In this document: in pieces, positions 34,701 through 48,600 of the stretch
How positions within the stretch are numbered: position 1 is the stretch's first letter
Layout: the number at the start of each line of letters is the position of its first letter
Source of the DNA: Phoronis australis
Lineage: Eukaryota > Animalia > Phoronida
DNA length: 63,682 nucleotides
Reading direction: 5' to 3'
Assembly: GCA_002633005.1 (NCBI GenBank)
Contig: NMRA01000021.1
Location: forward strand, 1,690,669 to 1,754,350
Program-made: the position numbers and the translations under genes
Notes under the pieces: model-generated
What the model was told of the DNA's origin: nothing
Databases searched by the model: none
The model's input: only the letters and a program-made list of their open reading frames with translations

Positions 34701-37700
34701 ACTTCCCTAAATCTTTCGTGCATCTGTGTCTTTGTTTACTCACAAGTGTAATTTTTTTACTATTTTTTATCTTTATTATGAACTCCTCTGATGACGTGTT
34801 AAATAATATATTTGAAAATTGAGTCCTTATTTCAATGACAAATAAGTAAATGTCTATTTATTTTCATTAGTATTGGAAATGTTTCGTTGAGTTTATTCTC
34901 GGTGTTTATGAAAGCTAAAATTCGACCTAGGTAGTAACGAAGATAAAAATTTGTATTAGAAGAAATCAGCGTTTACGCGAATGCGGTGAAAATTAAGGAA
35001 CATAGTTTCTAGGCAATCGGCTACAGATGCCTCAAGATCCGTTAGGTTCAGCAAATTTGACATTTTTTAGTTTTCTTCAGTATATGTGGTTTCATTAAAA
35101 AGGTGATTGAACAGTAAATTTGTGTTATTTTCATGAAGTGTTATTTTAAGAGTTTTCCCGAGGCATTTTGTATTTTCTTTGTTACCCGTTTACAGTAATC
35201 CATGAAGCGTGATGATTGATAGGTAAACGTCGTATCCCAAGTCACGCTAATCCTTTGAGATAATAAGGAAATTACGAAACTGCTTCACTACCTCGTTGCT
35301 GTGTCTTCGTCAGTTTAAGACGCATGCAGACTCTTCGATTGAAACTTTTTACAATTCACAGAAAAATAAAGTTAAAAAACTGCGATTATCAAAAATTCAA
35401 ATTCTTTGCGTGCGTCCGTCACACAGGTTCAAAGACAATCTCCCCAGTAAGGCCAATAGATAAGTCGAAAGTTTATACATGCATTGAAAGATACCAATGA
35501 GAAATAACAATTTAAGTAATTATTATTTCCCGAGGATACATTTTTGTCACGATTGATCAAAATGTTCTCTGATTGCACGTCCGTCACAAATGAAATTGTT
35601 AGTTAGTCTTTTGATAATGATATCGTGTGGATAACCCGTGTGTATGTTGAATGAGAGCTACAGGTGTCATCGTCTAGATTGTGTGTTTAGGAAAATTGTG
35701 TTCTAGAATAGAAAGCATGACATTGTTTTACAAAATGTGCCAGAAATTTCATGGTTCTTGTTGTTTCGAGAATTGTGGCCATCTGTAAAAACTCCCAAAA
35801 GACCATTGCATTTTCCCGGCAATAGATGAATTTTGATAATTTCATCGTTGACTTTCATTATGAGCATGCTTGCCTCAGTGGTTCCGGCTCCATGTGGGAA
35901 TTAAAAAAAAAAGAAAAAAACAACAGTTTCGTTTTACTGGTGCTTAGTGGTAACACATGCATTTACAAACAATATCTGTCGGATTTCCGCAATTTGATTC
36001 AATCGGAAATGACTAAGTGGAATTTTCAAAGACGACTTAGCCAGTGCCGCAGGGTTAAGTCAGAACTCGGTAGGCTCCCGTGGGATTAAGATACACTTAT
36101 CGATGACTTGCAAAACAGTCCTCACGAGAAAGAATTGCCTTTTTTCACAATCAAGCCTTGTTCATTGTTTTTGACTTCCACTACCATGACTACAGTGGTA
36201 ACTAAGGTTTCATTCTAAATTCATCTCCTGTATACTCTGAACAAAACATCTGGCGAATTCTAGCCTCCTCAGGGTTCCGTTACTTAAAGCTACGGTTTCC
36301 TTTACTTCAACCTATATAGAACACAGAATGGGTTACGTCAATCGAAAGATATCACTAAAATGGCACTTTTCGTAAAATACAGCCATTTATGTACTCGCGC
36401 TTTTTACTATTATTATTTTTTTTAATTTCTGAAAAGTGGGTGGACCTTCTGCGGAATCTCATTATTTATGCGAATGTTCAAGTATTTGCAAATCAGAGTC
36501 CTTGGTTCTTACTCGTAAACAACTTGATTCATTTACTCTGAATCTCAATTTCTGTCAAAATGACACACGCTCTCAGTGAACGCAATGCAACAGTCGCCCT
36601 CATTGCAAAAACGAAGGGAACACATCATACATTAGCACACAATTTATATTTATTCTTGGATCATCGATCGGACCACTCGGCCATGTCAGAAGTGCGAAAT
36701 CTTCGCTACTGGCGGCGAAAACGAAAAGGTGCGAAAACTACATACACATAGAGACCCCTTTCGGATACAACTGAGTACAGGCACAAGAGACCGTGGCCAC
36801 AATGATGGTGCATTGTGTGCCAGTATCATTTGCGCTTGGCAATGTCGTTCTGATTCCGAACTTATGAGAGGACTACAAATTAAGGAGGGTAGAATGGCAG
36901 AAACCGTGTTTTGTTCAACACCACTTGCATTAACGAAAATTTTGCTGTCAACATACACAAATCTCAGTTGTCCCATAACAGCAGCCGGTTTTCTCGACGG
37001 ATACATTTGGTTTCAGTACAGAGTATTTAGCAGTTCTACTGAATTTAAGGGATTTTTGGCTCACCAAGTGTTTCGTCAGTATGGTGTAGGATTCTTCAGG
37101 GAACACATACAGATACATGTATATGGAGAATCCGATTCCGGCTCCTAGCTGTCATAGGCTCGCTGAACACTTTTGTTCCCTCTCCTAGTGTGGAAATGCT
37201 ACCAGTTGAAAACATGGACACTGACAAAAAATATTTTCTATGCTTGCATAACATAAGTTACACTCAACGAAAGTTCAGTTCATGGAAAATTACAATAATA
37301 AACCGACCTTAGTTTAGCCGAGAGTAGTGCATCAAGATCGGATGGCAACCCGTGCAACAATACTCCCAAAAATGCCTTTGTAGGTCGTCAAACCGATAAC
37401 GTCCCTTAAACAGTTTGCCCTTAAAATAGCTTTTAAATAAAGTAGACAGACTTCAGCAGAACTTTGACACACTTGGGCGATCTTCTTTCTGGAAAGTTAT
37501 TTGGCTATTTAGTCTACCCTTCTTCGTCTTATAACAACTAATAGCATTTTGTAGAACTTTGGACAGAGTTAAATATCATTGGCGTTATTGCGCCTGTGGC
37601 GGATCAAGGATATCATAACGGGGGGGCAACTGATGTTGCCTCTGGGAATTGGGCACAGCGCGACTGTATGTGGACTGGGGACCGACAGTGACAAGCAGTA

Positions 37701-37734
37701 TATCATCAGGTCGCCACCTGTATGGAAAATACTA

Positions 37735-38030
37735 GATGCTCTTTCTGTGGTGAACACAGTGAAACTTTCCTCCATCTGTTTTGGGAATGTCGTCTTGTCT
37801 CCGGTTTCTGGCTCCTTTTTACTGATTGGTTAAAACAAACATATCATGTAAACTTTCATGTAGACAAGATAGCAGTGTTTTTTGGTTTTTTGGGAAACAT
37901 TCAGTCGGAAAATTGTAATATTAATTTGTTGATCATGCTAGCAAAAAATTACATATTTAGTTAAAAGTTTGTTAAAAAAATCTTAATATCGAACTGTTCA
38001 TTAACTTTATTAAATTACATCCTGAAGGAA
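37735..38030 (+). mobile_element. L1/Tx1 LINE 3' fragment (zf-RVT)
   Basis: RCSFCGEHSETFLHLFWECRLVSGFW ... INLLIMLAKNYIF. Confidence 0.75.
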
Positions 38031-38348
38031 ATACGGTACTTGTTGAGTAATTATTTAATGTTATTTAAACGATGTATAGTATATTGTTTTATATGACTTG
38101 TAATTATCATGCTAGAGAAAAAAAAACTGAACAAGACTCGGTTCTTGACCGTTATGTGAGGCTACGTTGGACAACGATAGATGCCGCTTTGTGACTGCGG
38201 AAATGACGTAGTTATTCAACAAGTGCTCGGCCGATATACCTAAATGCGGGAAAGTGCACTGTACCCGAGCGCAGATTTGAGATAAAAGGTCTAAGCTGCT
38301 TATTTTCTGCTTGTCTCGTACGGTTGGAAACTGCGACATAACGGCTTC

Positions 38349-38421
38349 ATGCCGACAGTTTCATCGATGCCGGATAGAAGAGAAAGCATGGGTAAATCGT
38401 TCAAAGAACGAAAGACATTCG
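38349..38421 (+). CDS. MAP1LC3C: ATG8-family MAP1LC3C-like, coding exon 1
   Basis: MPTVSSMPDRRESMGKSFKERKTF then donor G/GTGAGT (phase 1). Three in-frame ATGs, so the true start is uncertain. Confidence 0.85.
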
Positions 38422-39776
38422 GTGAGTTATGTCGTTTGCTGTCATTGCCATTGGTCTGTAAGTGTAATACTTATTTACAGACGGGTTACGTGTCTAGGAT
38501 TGGTGCCAGGTGTGTTGGTCAACCTGACTTAAAGTGATTTGAGGACCAGTTGCTCCCAATGAATAACATCTGTTATTCAGTGGCAATTACTGGTTGTCAA
38601 ATCACTTTTAAATCAGAGACTCACTTATCGGACTATTGATCATCGAGCTGGCCTTGCTTTGCAAAAACTTTGCTTGAGTTTTGACAACATGGAAGTCTTC
38701 CTTCTTAATAAAATTATTGTTTTCGTGGTGTTGTCGGAATGAAGTCAGTTCCTGAACCAGGAATAGGAGCTATGTGCTTGATACATTAACTACTATGCAG
38801 TTACCGCTTCTGGATATGACCAGAGGCCGTACTCACAGCATAACATCAACTTGCCAAATGCGACTTGTCAAACTCCCAAGTCATCAAATAGAAAAAGATC
38901 TCAGCAAAATAATTATGAGAACGCATGTACTGCGATGCTGTGGAGTGTTTGCTGGTTTTCCCGTTGATTGAAAGCGCTGTTGGGTTTTTCTGTTTGTTGT
39001 GGCTCCAAGTTTGCATCAATTTTGGTTATAGATAAAGCTGCGGTTGAGTGGTTTTCAGGTGTTCAGTAGTCATTTCACCCTTGTTTAAGCTCTTAACGCA
39101 GATGAGATAATCATAAAACACAAAATCTATGCTGTGGATTTTTAAGCCAAAAGTCTCATATTTTGCGTATTTTTCAGAGCTTTGAAATATTCTCATATAA
39201 AGTTATTATAACTGACAGTGAAAGTTGATTTCCAAATTACCCATAATAGTGCAGTCATTCTACGGATAACCCGAAAAAAAATTGCAACAGAAGGTTTTAT
39301 TCCTGTTTATAATAAAGTTAATTGCTACAACTGAAGTGATTCCAATCTCAGTGGATGCTTTCTGCCTTAGGTAGAAAGTGCATTTTCTGAAATTTGAATT
39401 TTCAGCAGCAAAACAACATCCTTACCTCAAAGTCTGTCATCTGTAACTAAATCGCAATCCTTACTCCTTCTGTCTTGAAAATCCTAACCTTTGACAATTA
39501 AGCCTTTGGAAGCAATTAGGAGGCTTAATTTTAAGATGACTAAAATTTGGTATTTTGGAAACTTTGCTGTTTTAGGTAACACATTCATGAATGTATTGTT
39601 GGGTTGACAACTTCGAACTGCTGCTTACACATTGCCATTTGTGCAGTAGCTATAGGGCTGTAATGGTTAGCTAATGGCGATACAAGTTCATCTGGATTTA
39701 ATTATCAATTTTTGCTGGCTTTCGGGAGGTACTGTAATTTCTTACTGAAAGAAGGTCACTGTGTTTACAACTTCAA

Positions 39777-40965
39777 TAAATTTCGCCAAGTATATTGCTC
39801 TGACATTAAAATTTTTTTTTTTATTTTTGTTTGTTCGCACGATACAGGTCGCAATTTTCGTCCGATCATCGCAAAATTTACACATAACACGTACTTCCGG
39901 AAGTACTGGAAGCCTATTGTTTTTCGTCAAAATTGGATCCAAGATGGCGGCTGTGGTGGCCATTTTGTTTTCATTTTAAGATTCAAAGGCTTCTGGAGGC
40001 TAAAATTTTTTATGAAAATCAGCACAATGAATGGCCCGGATGTGCACTACATGTATGCCGGAAATTGTTTACTTCCGGTTAAAGATGGCGGAAATATCGG
40101 CGATCGCGCATGCGCACCTCGATTTTGGCCTAAAAACGTTTTCTCCCGTAGAGGGCGCATTATGGGACCAATTCCTTCGAATTTTTACAAATGTTAGTTT
40201 CTTATGACATGCTATTATACAAAGCCAAAAAACCGGAAGTTGCTTTCAAGATGGCGGTTCTGGCGCATGTTGACCCATTTTCAGTCATACTTTGGTGCCA
40301 TTTAAACGAGAGAAGAAAATGACGTGAATTTTTGCATGTGGATTCTCTAAGGTATAATCTTTCACATGAACTGTAACAATTTTTTTCTCAGACTTACCGT
40401 TTTCGAGTTATTTGACTTTGAATTTCTTTAAAAAAACGCAAAATTTCATTTTTTTCGAAAAATTCACGGACTTAGGCGATACCATCAGTCTAGATAGAAT
40501 TTTGAATGGGCTTTCAGAAGATGTTCTCCATTTTTCGCTAGGACGTCTACTTTTCGAGTTATTTGAGATTTTCTGATAATGCTGTTCCTTTGTTGAGCGC
40601 TCTTGCTGCATTGATTTTGGTTTATCTTCTATTGAACTAGACTGTAGCCTATTTCTTATTAATTTATGACATTTAAGTTCGTCATATGAATGTTGTGATG
40701 TTGTTCATCATCGCCACCATCGTCATCATATTCGTCATCATCGTCATCATCTTCGTCATCATCTCCGTCTTTTCCTTAATTTCGCCAAGTGTCGCTCAAG
40801 ACTACTCTTTTTCTTACTGATTTCGGACTTCTATGTTCGTCATGTGTATGTTATTATTACTTCTTTTGTTCATCCTCGCCACCATCTTCGTCATCTTCGT
40901 CATCATCTTTATCGTCATCTTTTTGGTTAATTTCGCCAAGGTTCGCTCCTCGGAGCGCTTTCATT
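39777..40965 (+). mobile_element. Helentron-associated non-autonomous element (HINE-like) in LC3C intron 1
   Basis: AATTTCGCCAAG occurs at the start and twice near the end, the last followed by hairpin CGCTCC-TC-GGAGCG and a T-rich flank. Internal AAGATGGCGG repeats and (TCA/TCG/TCT)n microsatellites at 40705-40920. Confidence 0.6.
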
Positions 40966-43900
40966 TGTATTTCATTCTCCTATTTGAAACAATCTAATCT
41001 GTTCACAGTTTTCAAAGCAACCTGTTATCTTCCAAAGCTATTCCAATTCAAAGCAAAGCATCCATTGTAAATCAGTTATTCATTCAAGGAAAGTTTTGTT
41101 CACCGTGGTTTGTACTTTGTAGATGTCATAAAACAATTTTTGGTATTTTCCATTATTTGCAGTAAATTCGTCAGCCTTTGAACTATAGGAAAATGACAGT
41201 TTTGACAACAAAATTATTTTTGTGCAAAGTAAGTGGAGTAAATTGGCATACTGTTCAGTGCAGAATTGATCACCTGCACTAACTTTGTGTGTTTGTAATT
41301 GGTAATTGAATTGAAAAATTAGAATGTTTATCCTTCAGTGAAGTAATGTTCAGTGTCTGCCATTATAAGCACTTTTTAAGAGACTTGTTAATTTGACAAC
41401 TTGAGACATAGAGTTCAACTTGGAAGTCAACCCATCAGAACACATTGTCACTGTTAGTCTGTCACACCAATTCAAGATAATAGGTAGTTTACTGTAAGTT
41501 TGGTTCTGAGTTCTTGTAGCTCAGAAATGGGCTACTCTTGTTGAAATGTGAGTATCTAGTATTTTCCATACCGGTGGCGACCTGATGATATATGGCTTGT
41601 CACTAGATGGCAATAGTGTAGTTGTTGGTCAGTGTTCTGCAGTCTTGTAATGTAGTGGCATATTTCCTAGTTTCCTTTTTTATAAATTCTTTGCAACCAT
41701 CATGCCGTCCTGCCACTATGTTGACCATCATCTAAATATGTCCATGAATGAAAGAAATTGCATTTCGTCGCTGTTGTCTCAGCTTGTCTTATTCACCAGA
41801 ATTGGAAACTGTGTCTAGACACTTTTGTGCTCTCACAAGGCTAGAGAGTGTGTAATTTACTATTCTGAGGTGACGTTGTTGTCCTACAAATGACCCAGAC
41901 TGAGAGTTGACCTAGTTTCTTGATAGGTTATCAGTCAGCTGTTGTTTGTTTGCTCAGTTCCTGGTTCTCTGCAAGTCACAAACAGAACAATCCTTCTCTT
42001 TTTATACTTTGGACTTGTTTGCTTGTCCTGATTTGCCAGCTGTTTACATTGGAGCTGGGTGTAATCATTTTTACATTACTTGTTGGTATTTCTTCACTTA
42101 TTTCACACAAAAAATAATTGCCAAAGTAGTCATTTTTCCATTTTTCAAAACTTCCTTTTTGCAAATAATGTGAGTTTCTGCAAATATTGGTTTATGAAAT
42201 CTACACTACTATCCATTCTTGTAATCAACTAAAATATTTTAATTTTCATTTTTGTTCAGAAATTTAACATTTGTCTGCCATGTTTTGTGCTAAATAAGTG
42301 AAGAAATATGATATTTGTTGGCTCAATGTAAACTCAATGTCACAAAATTTTGAAATTTGCATGGGAAATAGGTCACGTGATCTCATATTCCATTATTGAT
42401 GACAACAATGGAGTCCGTGGATGGTGGCTGACTGTAGATCTGTGGTGTAGTTTGATAGTGTATCAGTTGTTTGATGACCGCATCGTGTTTTGTGTCGAGC
42501 AATAGTTAAAATTTGGAATTTCCCCGGGTTTTTCTTATCATCTGCTCTATTTTGAACTCGTCCATTTTTACCCCATGTGGCTTCGTCCATTAGTTTTAGT
42601 ATTGGAGGCATGGATCACTTTGAACCTCCTTGTTATCTGCATTTGGATTTATATTAACTATGTCAGGCATTTTGTAAGTATATATTTATTGTTGATTTTC
42701 AGTTCTTTTTGTTGAAGAAACTGCATCTTTTCGCCTCTTCATTTCGTTGTTTCATTTGTCTTACTTGCGCACTTCCCCCAGCGCAGTAAGCCCTGTCCGT
42801 AGTGGTGCACTTATCTCAAAAATGCACAAAGCTGCAGAACAGCATCATCCTACACCAGGACAGTCAAAGTGCATTCATCTGAATGTTGTTGACACTGAGT
42901 GTTATAACTTCCGTGGAAGGTCCCTGTCCTGGAGACAGTCCTTCTCGTTTTTAAATGGGAATCTTCTACGTTATAGTGCCGTTTACACAACAAAAGTTGA
43001 CACGGATCAGCTGACACAGAATGAGATGTTCTAGAGCAAGTATGTGTAAACTGGACTGACACGGAGCAAACTGACACCGCGGTGACAACTTTTGCCACCC
43101 GGTTGTGAGGTAGAGCAATTTGCGCTCGATCATGATTGTTCCGTGTCAGTTATATGTCTAAACGCGAAACTGGGGCAAGGTGGAAAGGATCATCTCTACT
43201 GCGCATGTGCAATGACCTACATATGGGTTCTCTGTCTCTGCAACTCCCGCTATTTGAAAACCTACGCATGTGCATTCCACTCTCCAGCCTCTAACTTCCG
43301 TCTTGCCACATTTAGTGAGTTGTGTGTGTAAACCGCTGCTGACACCAATCAATTTGCTGGGCCAAAAGTAGATGTCTAAACAGGACTTGTCTTTTCAATT
43401 AATAGGTATGCACACAGTATCTGTTTCATATGTTGCACTTTAAACTACTGGAAGCATTCAGATGGCAGGTTGAGAAATATTCAGTGAACAAAAACCACAG
43501 GACTGCTGGAAGTAATAATTTCTTGCCTCTGTGCTATTGTCTGTCTTCAACAGGAACTGAGTGTTTGTATTGTTTATAAGCATTGATACCCCTCATTATG
43601 GTTTGAGGTTACATAACCTCAAACCTCATAAACCTCAATGTATATTTTCATTCATCACATGTGTACTAACTGACACTCAGAAATTATTTCAACAGCTGTT
43701 TTGAACTTGTGAAAGTGTCAGTTTAAATACTTCAGTGCTTGTTTATTCAAGTAAGAAGACATTATACTGTCTTTGTTGAAGTGCATAGACAATAGTGATG
43801 TCCAAGGAGTTGTGGAGGCTTATATTCAGAGCTTAACCCTATGGAAACAGTGGTTGATGTCTAATCTGAAGGTGCTTTCCCAAAGCGCTACCAAGTGGCA

Positions 43901-44200
43901 GGAATGAATCGTTTTTAGCATTTTCTTGCAGAAAAGTTTGTGATAACATGAGAATAACATTTATGGACCTTGGTACACCAAGACTGGGCTTGTGTGCCTG
44001 TAATGATTTCCATCAGATTAGTTTTATTCATTGTATTCGAAACACAAAGGCTATGGTGATGTTTTGTCTGCTGGTGATCAGGGTGATTGGCATGTAATTT
44101 GTAAGCCAACTTATAAATCATCCCCAGGGTAAATGCTGAGTGGACTGGAGCCTCAATTAGCTAATGTCAAGGCTGTAACACACTATGCATAGAACAACAC

Positions 44201-44330
44201 CAGGGTTGCATTCCTTAGAGGCGAGAATCTTTCGAAAACGTAAGATTTCGCAGCGTATTACAAGCAAAGCATGTGATCACACTAACATCCCTCCGTACCG
44301 AGATTCTTGCGTCTCTGAAACTCTACCCTG
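44201..44330. mobile_element. Small MITE-like inverted repeat
   Basis: Degenerate TIRs CAGGGTTGCATTCC..AGAGGCGAGAATCT / AGATTCTTGCGTCTCTGAAACTCTACCCTG. Confidence 0.45.
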
Positions 44331-46158
44331 ATATAAAGCTTTAGTTCCTCTTATGCATGTCTGCATTATAGCTGTATAGCAATGACAAATGTCATGTTTC
44401 TTTGTTAGCTCTAAATTTTATAGTGGCTATTTAAGATGTATAGTCTACAAATGCAGCACTTGTCTGGGATTCCTAGGGCTCAATGTAGGGAGCTGCAACT
44501 TTAGCTTGCTCTTCGTGAGTGGCGAAAATGCATTTTTTCAATGGCGAAAACGATAGGATTGTAGTCTAAGGGATGTTAGGGTAATTTTCACCAACAATGG
44601 GTTTGCTTTTTTACCACCTGAGCGCCCTTTAAACTGAAAATTGATGTCAGAGCATGTTTGCTCACTGTAATGATTACTAGGGCAATTAAACTCAGGCCTG
44701 ACTTTTCTCAGAACACGAGTGATCTTTGATGTAAGGTTTGGCTGCAAAAGTGCTGGAGAAAACACTAGGACAACACCAGTAAAAGTGACCCTTGTAACTG
44801 GTTTACTAGTGAAAGCGATAACATCCAGTTTGTGAATTGGGTTCCCTGTCTATTTGATTGGTTTGAATTGACCATCAGCTGACCTCTGACCAGTCAGCTG
44901 TTAGCACTGACCAACACTGCTGTTGACCTGCAGGTTCGGTCAGGTCAGCTGACAGTTGTTGTTATTGCAGACACTCTTGTCTGTCAGCACAATATTTTGT
45001 CTTGGGGTGGCTGAGTCACAGGGACTTATGAGTTGGATCTCATTGTTGCTTGAAGTCAGTGCATTTTAAGAGGCAGTTAAGGTTGTGAGCAGTATAAAGT
45101 AAAGGGTGTTTTTGCGGTATACATGTATAGTCTAACTTCAACCTATGTATGTACGATGTCATCTGACAACAAGCTGGGCATGAAAACAGGTAATTTATGG
45201 TTAATGGCAACCTTTGTAACCACTGAGGAAATTTAAAAAAATATTAGTTGTTAACCATGAAAGTATGTTTGAAATTTACGTGATGAGTACAGTAAGTTTA
45301 TTGTCTGTTTGAAAATAATCACATGACTGCGTTTACTTTTTAAAAAATATGATAATCAGAGAGATCAACTAAATGCAAAACTTGTCCGATGAAACGTGCA
45401 GTCTTTTTTGTTTTGTTTCGTACAAAAGCTTGTCTGAGATTCTCTGTGGCCTTATAAGCCTAAGAATGAAGTCATGAATCAAGATATCGTGTCATTTTTT
45501 CGTTATATGTGATGCTTTTAAATTAAGAATCAGTTTGAGAAATGATTTTGAATTAAAAAAATCAAATCTCACTGGTAATGATGTACTTAACTAAATTATG
45601 GGACTGTATGAATATTCGTGTGGGGAGTGTATACTGTACTTGATCTTATTGGTGATTATGTAACCCCGGTAGTTCTCTAACGAACATGTTTGAGTGTCCG
45701 ATTCTCTAATATCAAACATGGGACTATACACTGTCTGCCTTACACTTTCAAACAACGGGTCCAGTGGACCCATCGTACAAAATTCCTGAGGTCCATTTCA
45801 ATTTTTGGGCTCCAAGAAATCAATCAACTCAATGATTATTTATCACAAAATAATCCACAGTGTACATTGCAAAAAAATAAGAATCTTGTGGAAATTTTAC
45901 TTCCAACTTTCTTGCACTGCATCATCAAAAATTGAATCCAAGTGGATGCTTTCTTTAGTCATGTTGCGCTTTTTAGCTCGAATACATCAAATGATGCAGA
46001 AACGTGGCCTCGGCCAAACAGTGTGCGATTTCGCCTGGTTTTTGTCGTTTTGGGGCTGTTTTTAAAAACAATATCTTTGTGGTGTTGGATCAATGAGTTA
46101 GTGTTCAGTGTTATGTGTTGAGAGTGTTAGTTCATGTTTTAAATGTTGTTTTTTACAG

Positions 46159-46214
46159 CTGTCCGCCGCGAAGAGGTTGCGGGCATCCGAGCCAAGTTCC
46201 CTGCAAAAGTACCG
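46159..46214 (+). CDS. MAP1LC3C: MAP1LC3C-like coding exon 2 (56 nt)
   Basis: Acceptor TTTTACAG; encodes (A)VRREEVAGIRAKFPAKVP; donor GTGAGT. EEVAGIRAKFP is characteristic of LC3C. Confidence 0.95.
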
Positions 46215-46769
46215 GTGAGTGGTTACTTTTTAAGTTGATTTCTGTAAGAATAAATATCAAATTGATAACAACATTAGTTTCTCAAAAGAGAAAGTTTGGT
46301 GAGGAAGTTTTGAACATGTCAACCAGTCCGAGGCTTCAGTTGTGTTCCCTTGAATTTTGGTCCTGCTGACGGGGCTCAACAGCTGAGACGCCAGTGGATT
46401 TTTAGTTCCAGCCAACTAATACAACAGCGATTCAGCCCATCAGACTCACAGTGTTTGGATTGTGCGCCTTTCTCACAGGGACATGCTTCTTAATTGTATT
46501 TTGTTAATTTGGTTTTAAAACATGAATTAAAAAGATACACTTCAGAGTATTACTAAGTAAAACGTGACAAATTGATTAAATTGAAGCTCGTTCAATATAT
46601 GGTGACAACTGGTCCCTATCTCTGTACATATTTGTTATGGAATCACGAACAAAGTAATTAACTTCAGAACTTAACGAGCTGCATATCTCCTTGTTTAGTT
46701 GGCTGAATACGAAAATTGAATTGGTCCTTTTGCTCTCGTCCCATAACATTCCTTACTGTGATAGGATTT

Positions 46770-48600
46770 CATTTCAATTACCTGCTCAAGTCACAGGCAG
46801 TGCGTACACGCGTCATTTTCGAATCCGCAATTTCCGGGTTGGCCAACCCTGGTGAACTTTTGAGCATTTTTGTGTCGCTGATGGTTTCAATGTTGTGGTT
46901 GACAACGGAAATAAAATCCTCTTGTAAAGAATAATGTGAGCCCGAAATGATTGGAGACAAACGTGCCGTAACTGAAATGAGGCCTTAATATAATGCTTCA
47001 TCAAGATGAAGACAAACAGCATAGAAAATACCGGAGGTGAAAGTTGCGAGACTTAGGGACCAAATCAGTCTGTCAATGTCATGCAATTCTGGGACAAGTT
47101 CTTTTCTTCAGGACTAGTATTTCTGTGCAATTCCTTAGGCACAAAATCTTACCCTACTATTAAATACATCACTTGCCTTGTTTTTCAAGTGAGGTATGAA
47201 GACCCCTTCAAAACCAAGGGCAGTGATCCAGAGGACTTTTGTGAAATAGACTGATAGTCTTAAACGGGGTCAATGACTGAGCCGTGATATTTATTGCATT
47301 TCAGTGGTTTGTGTAAACAAGGGAACCTAGATGAGTTGTTTTTTCTTCCAAAGTGGGGCAGTCATGAGGAACAGCTATGAACTCAGATGTCCTGAAATGT
47401 TAGCATCATTTATTTACGGCCTGTACACTAAGCCAGGTGAAGTTCAATTTTTTACAATTCGAAGCTAATCAATTTTAGAAATGTGAACACGGGTCGTCTC
47501 AAATAACTAGCCGAGTCAGCAAGGTAAAACTGCCCTCTAATGAGCTGGAAGAACACATTGTACATGTTTAATGAAGACACGTCCATACAAAATGCTGGTG
47601 TAGCTTGTTGTATCCTGTGGACACGTTCAGATTTACTGCAGCTTCTCTTCTTGCATCTAGTGGCGATGCTCAGTATAAGTCAAAAGTATTCAGAAAAAAT
47701 TACCCAGAATTCCCCCGTTATGATGGGTGGTTGGAGGCCGAACTCATCATCTGAGTAGTCTGCTCTCGTGATCGTCTGCTCTCGTGATCGTACCCTGATA
47801 CTTGTTACTAGGAATTTTTGCTGTTAACAGAACAGGCGACATGATTACTTCATATTCTGTAAATTTTTCTTCTGACCAAATGTTGCCCGATTTTTTCATA
47901 GCTATTTGTTACCCCTATCAATTGATTTACATTTTTCTATGTGATTGTATTACACATGCTTGATACAGTCTGTGTAAATTAGTCCAAGTAAAAGGCAACA
48001 CGGTTTCAAAACTGAATTAATCCTATAATCTGTCATAGTTTTTGTCTGCATTTGTGTATAGATTCGCTTCTGCTATGGCAGTATCGATTTTTGTAATTTA
48101 TGGAAAAATTGAGCTACACAGTACTCAAACAATAGGGACTGACCTAGGCCTTATTATAAAATTTAGTGCAAATGTCTTTTAGAACATGGGAGTTGCTCAC
48201 CACACATGCGTTATGTCAGTTGATGTCAATATTGAGGATTGTTTCAATCAATCAGTTCCCAATGGTGTGTTTGAAAGAAGTCAGAGTCCATGATATCCAT
48301 CCGGAATACCAGGGTCTCTAATATTTTTTGTCGCAAATTTTCCTTTTAAACATTTAGCGGCTTACATGACACTTTTTGTTTAAACTGCATTTCATCTAAT
48401 TTTGGCGATTAAAAAATCGATTTGGGTTTTTACTCTCACAAAATGGTTCTCGTGATATTCGTTGTCATAATAGCATTCCATTTCCGTTACTAGCAAAAAC
48501 ATCGAAACCATCAGCTGCTGAAGAAAATCTTCAGAATTAGCTAACCCTAAAATTGTGAATTCGAAAATCAGCGCATGCACACATTACATGTTATTGGACT
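46770..48600. repeat. Two diverged copies of one repeat family in inverted orientation (about 46770-46950 and 48440-48600)
   Basis: Shared TTTTCGAAT..CAATTT..GGGTT.GC.AA..CTG, GCTGATGGTTTC.ATGTT and AACGGAAAT blocks in reverse complement. Confidence 0.55.

Noticed and set aside
40789-41070. Poly-Ser ORF
   Set aside because: It is a trinucleotide microsatellite within the HINE-like element.
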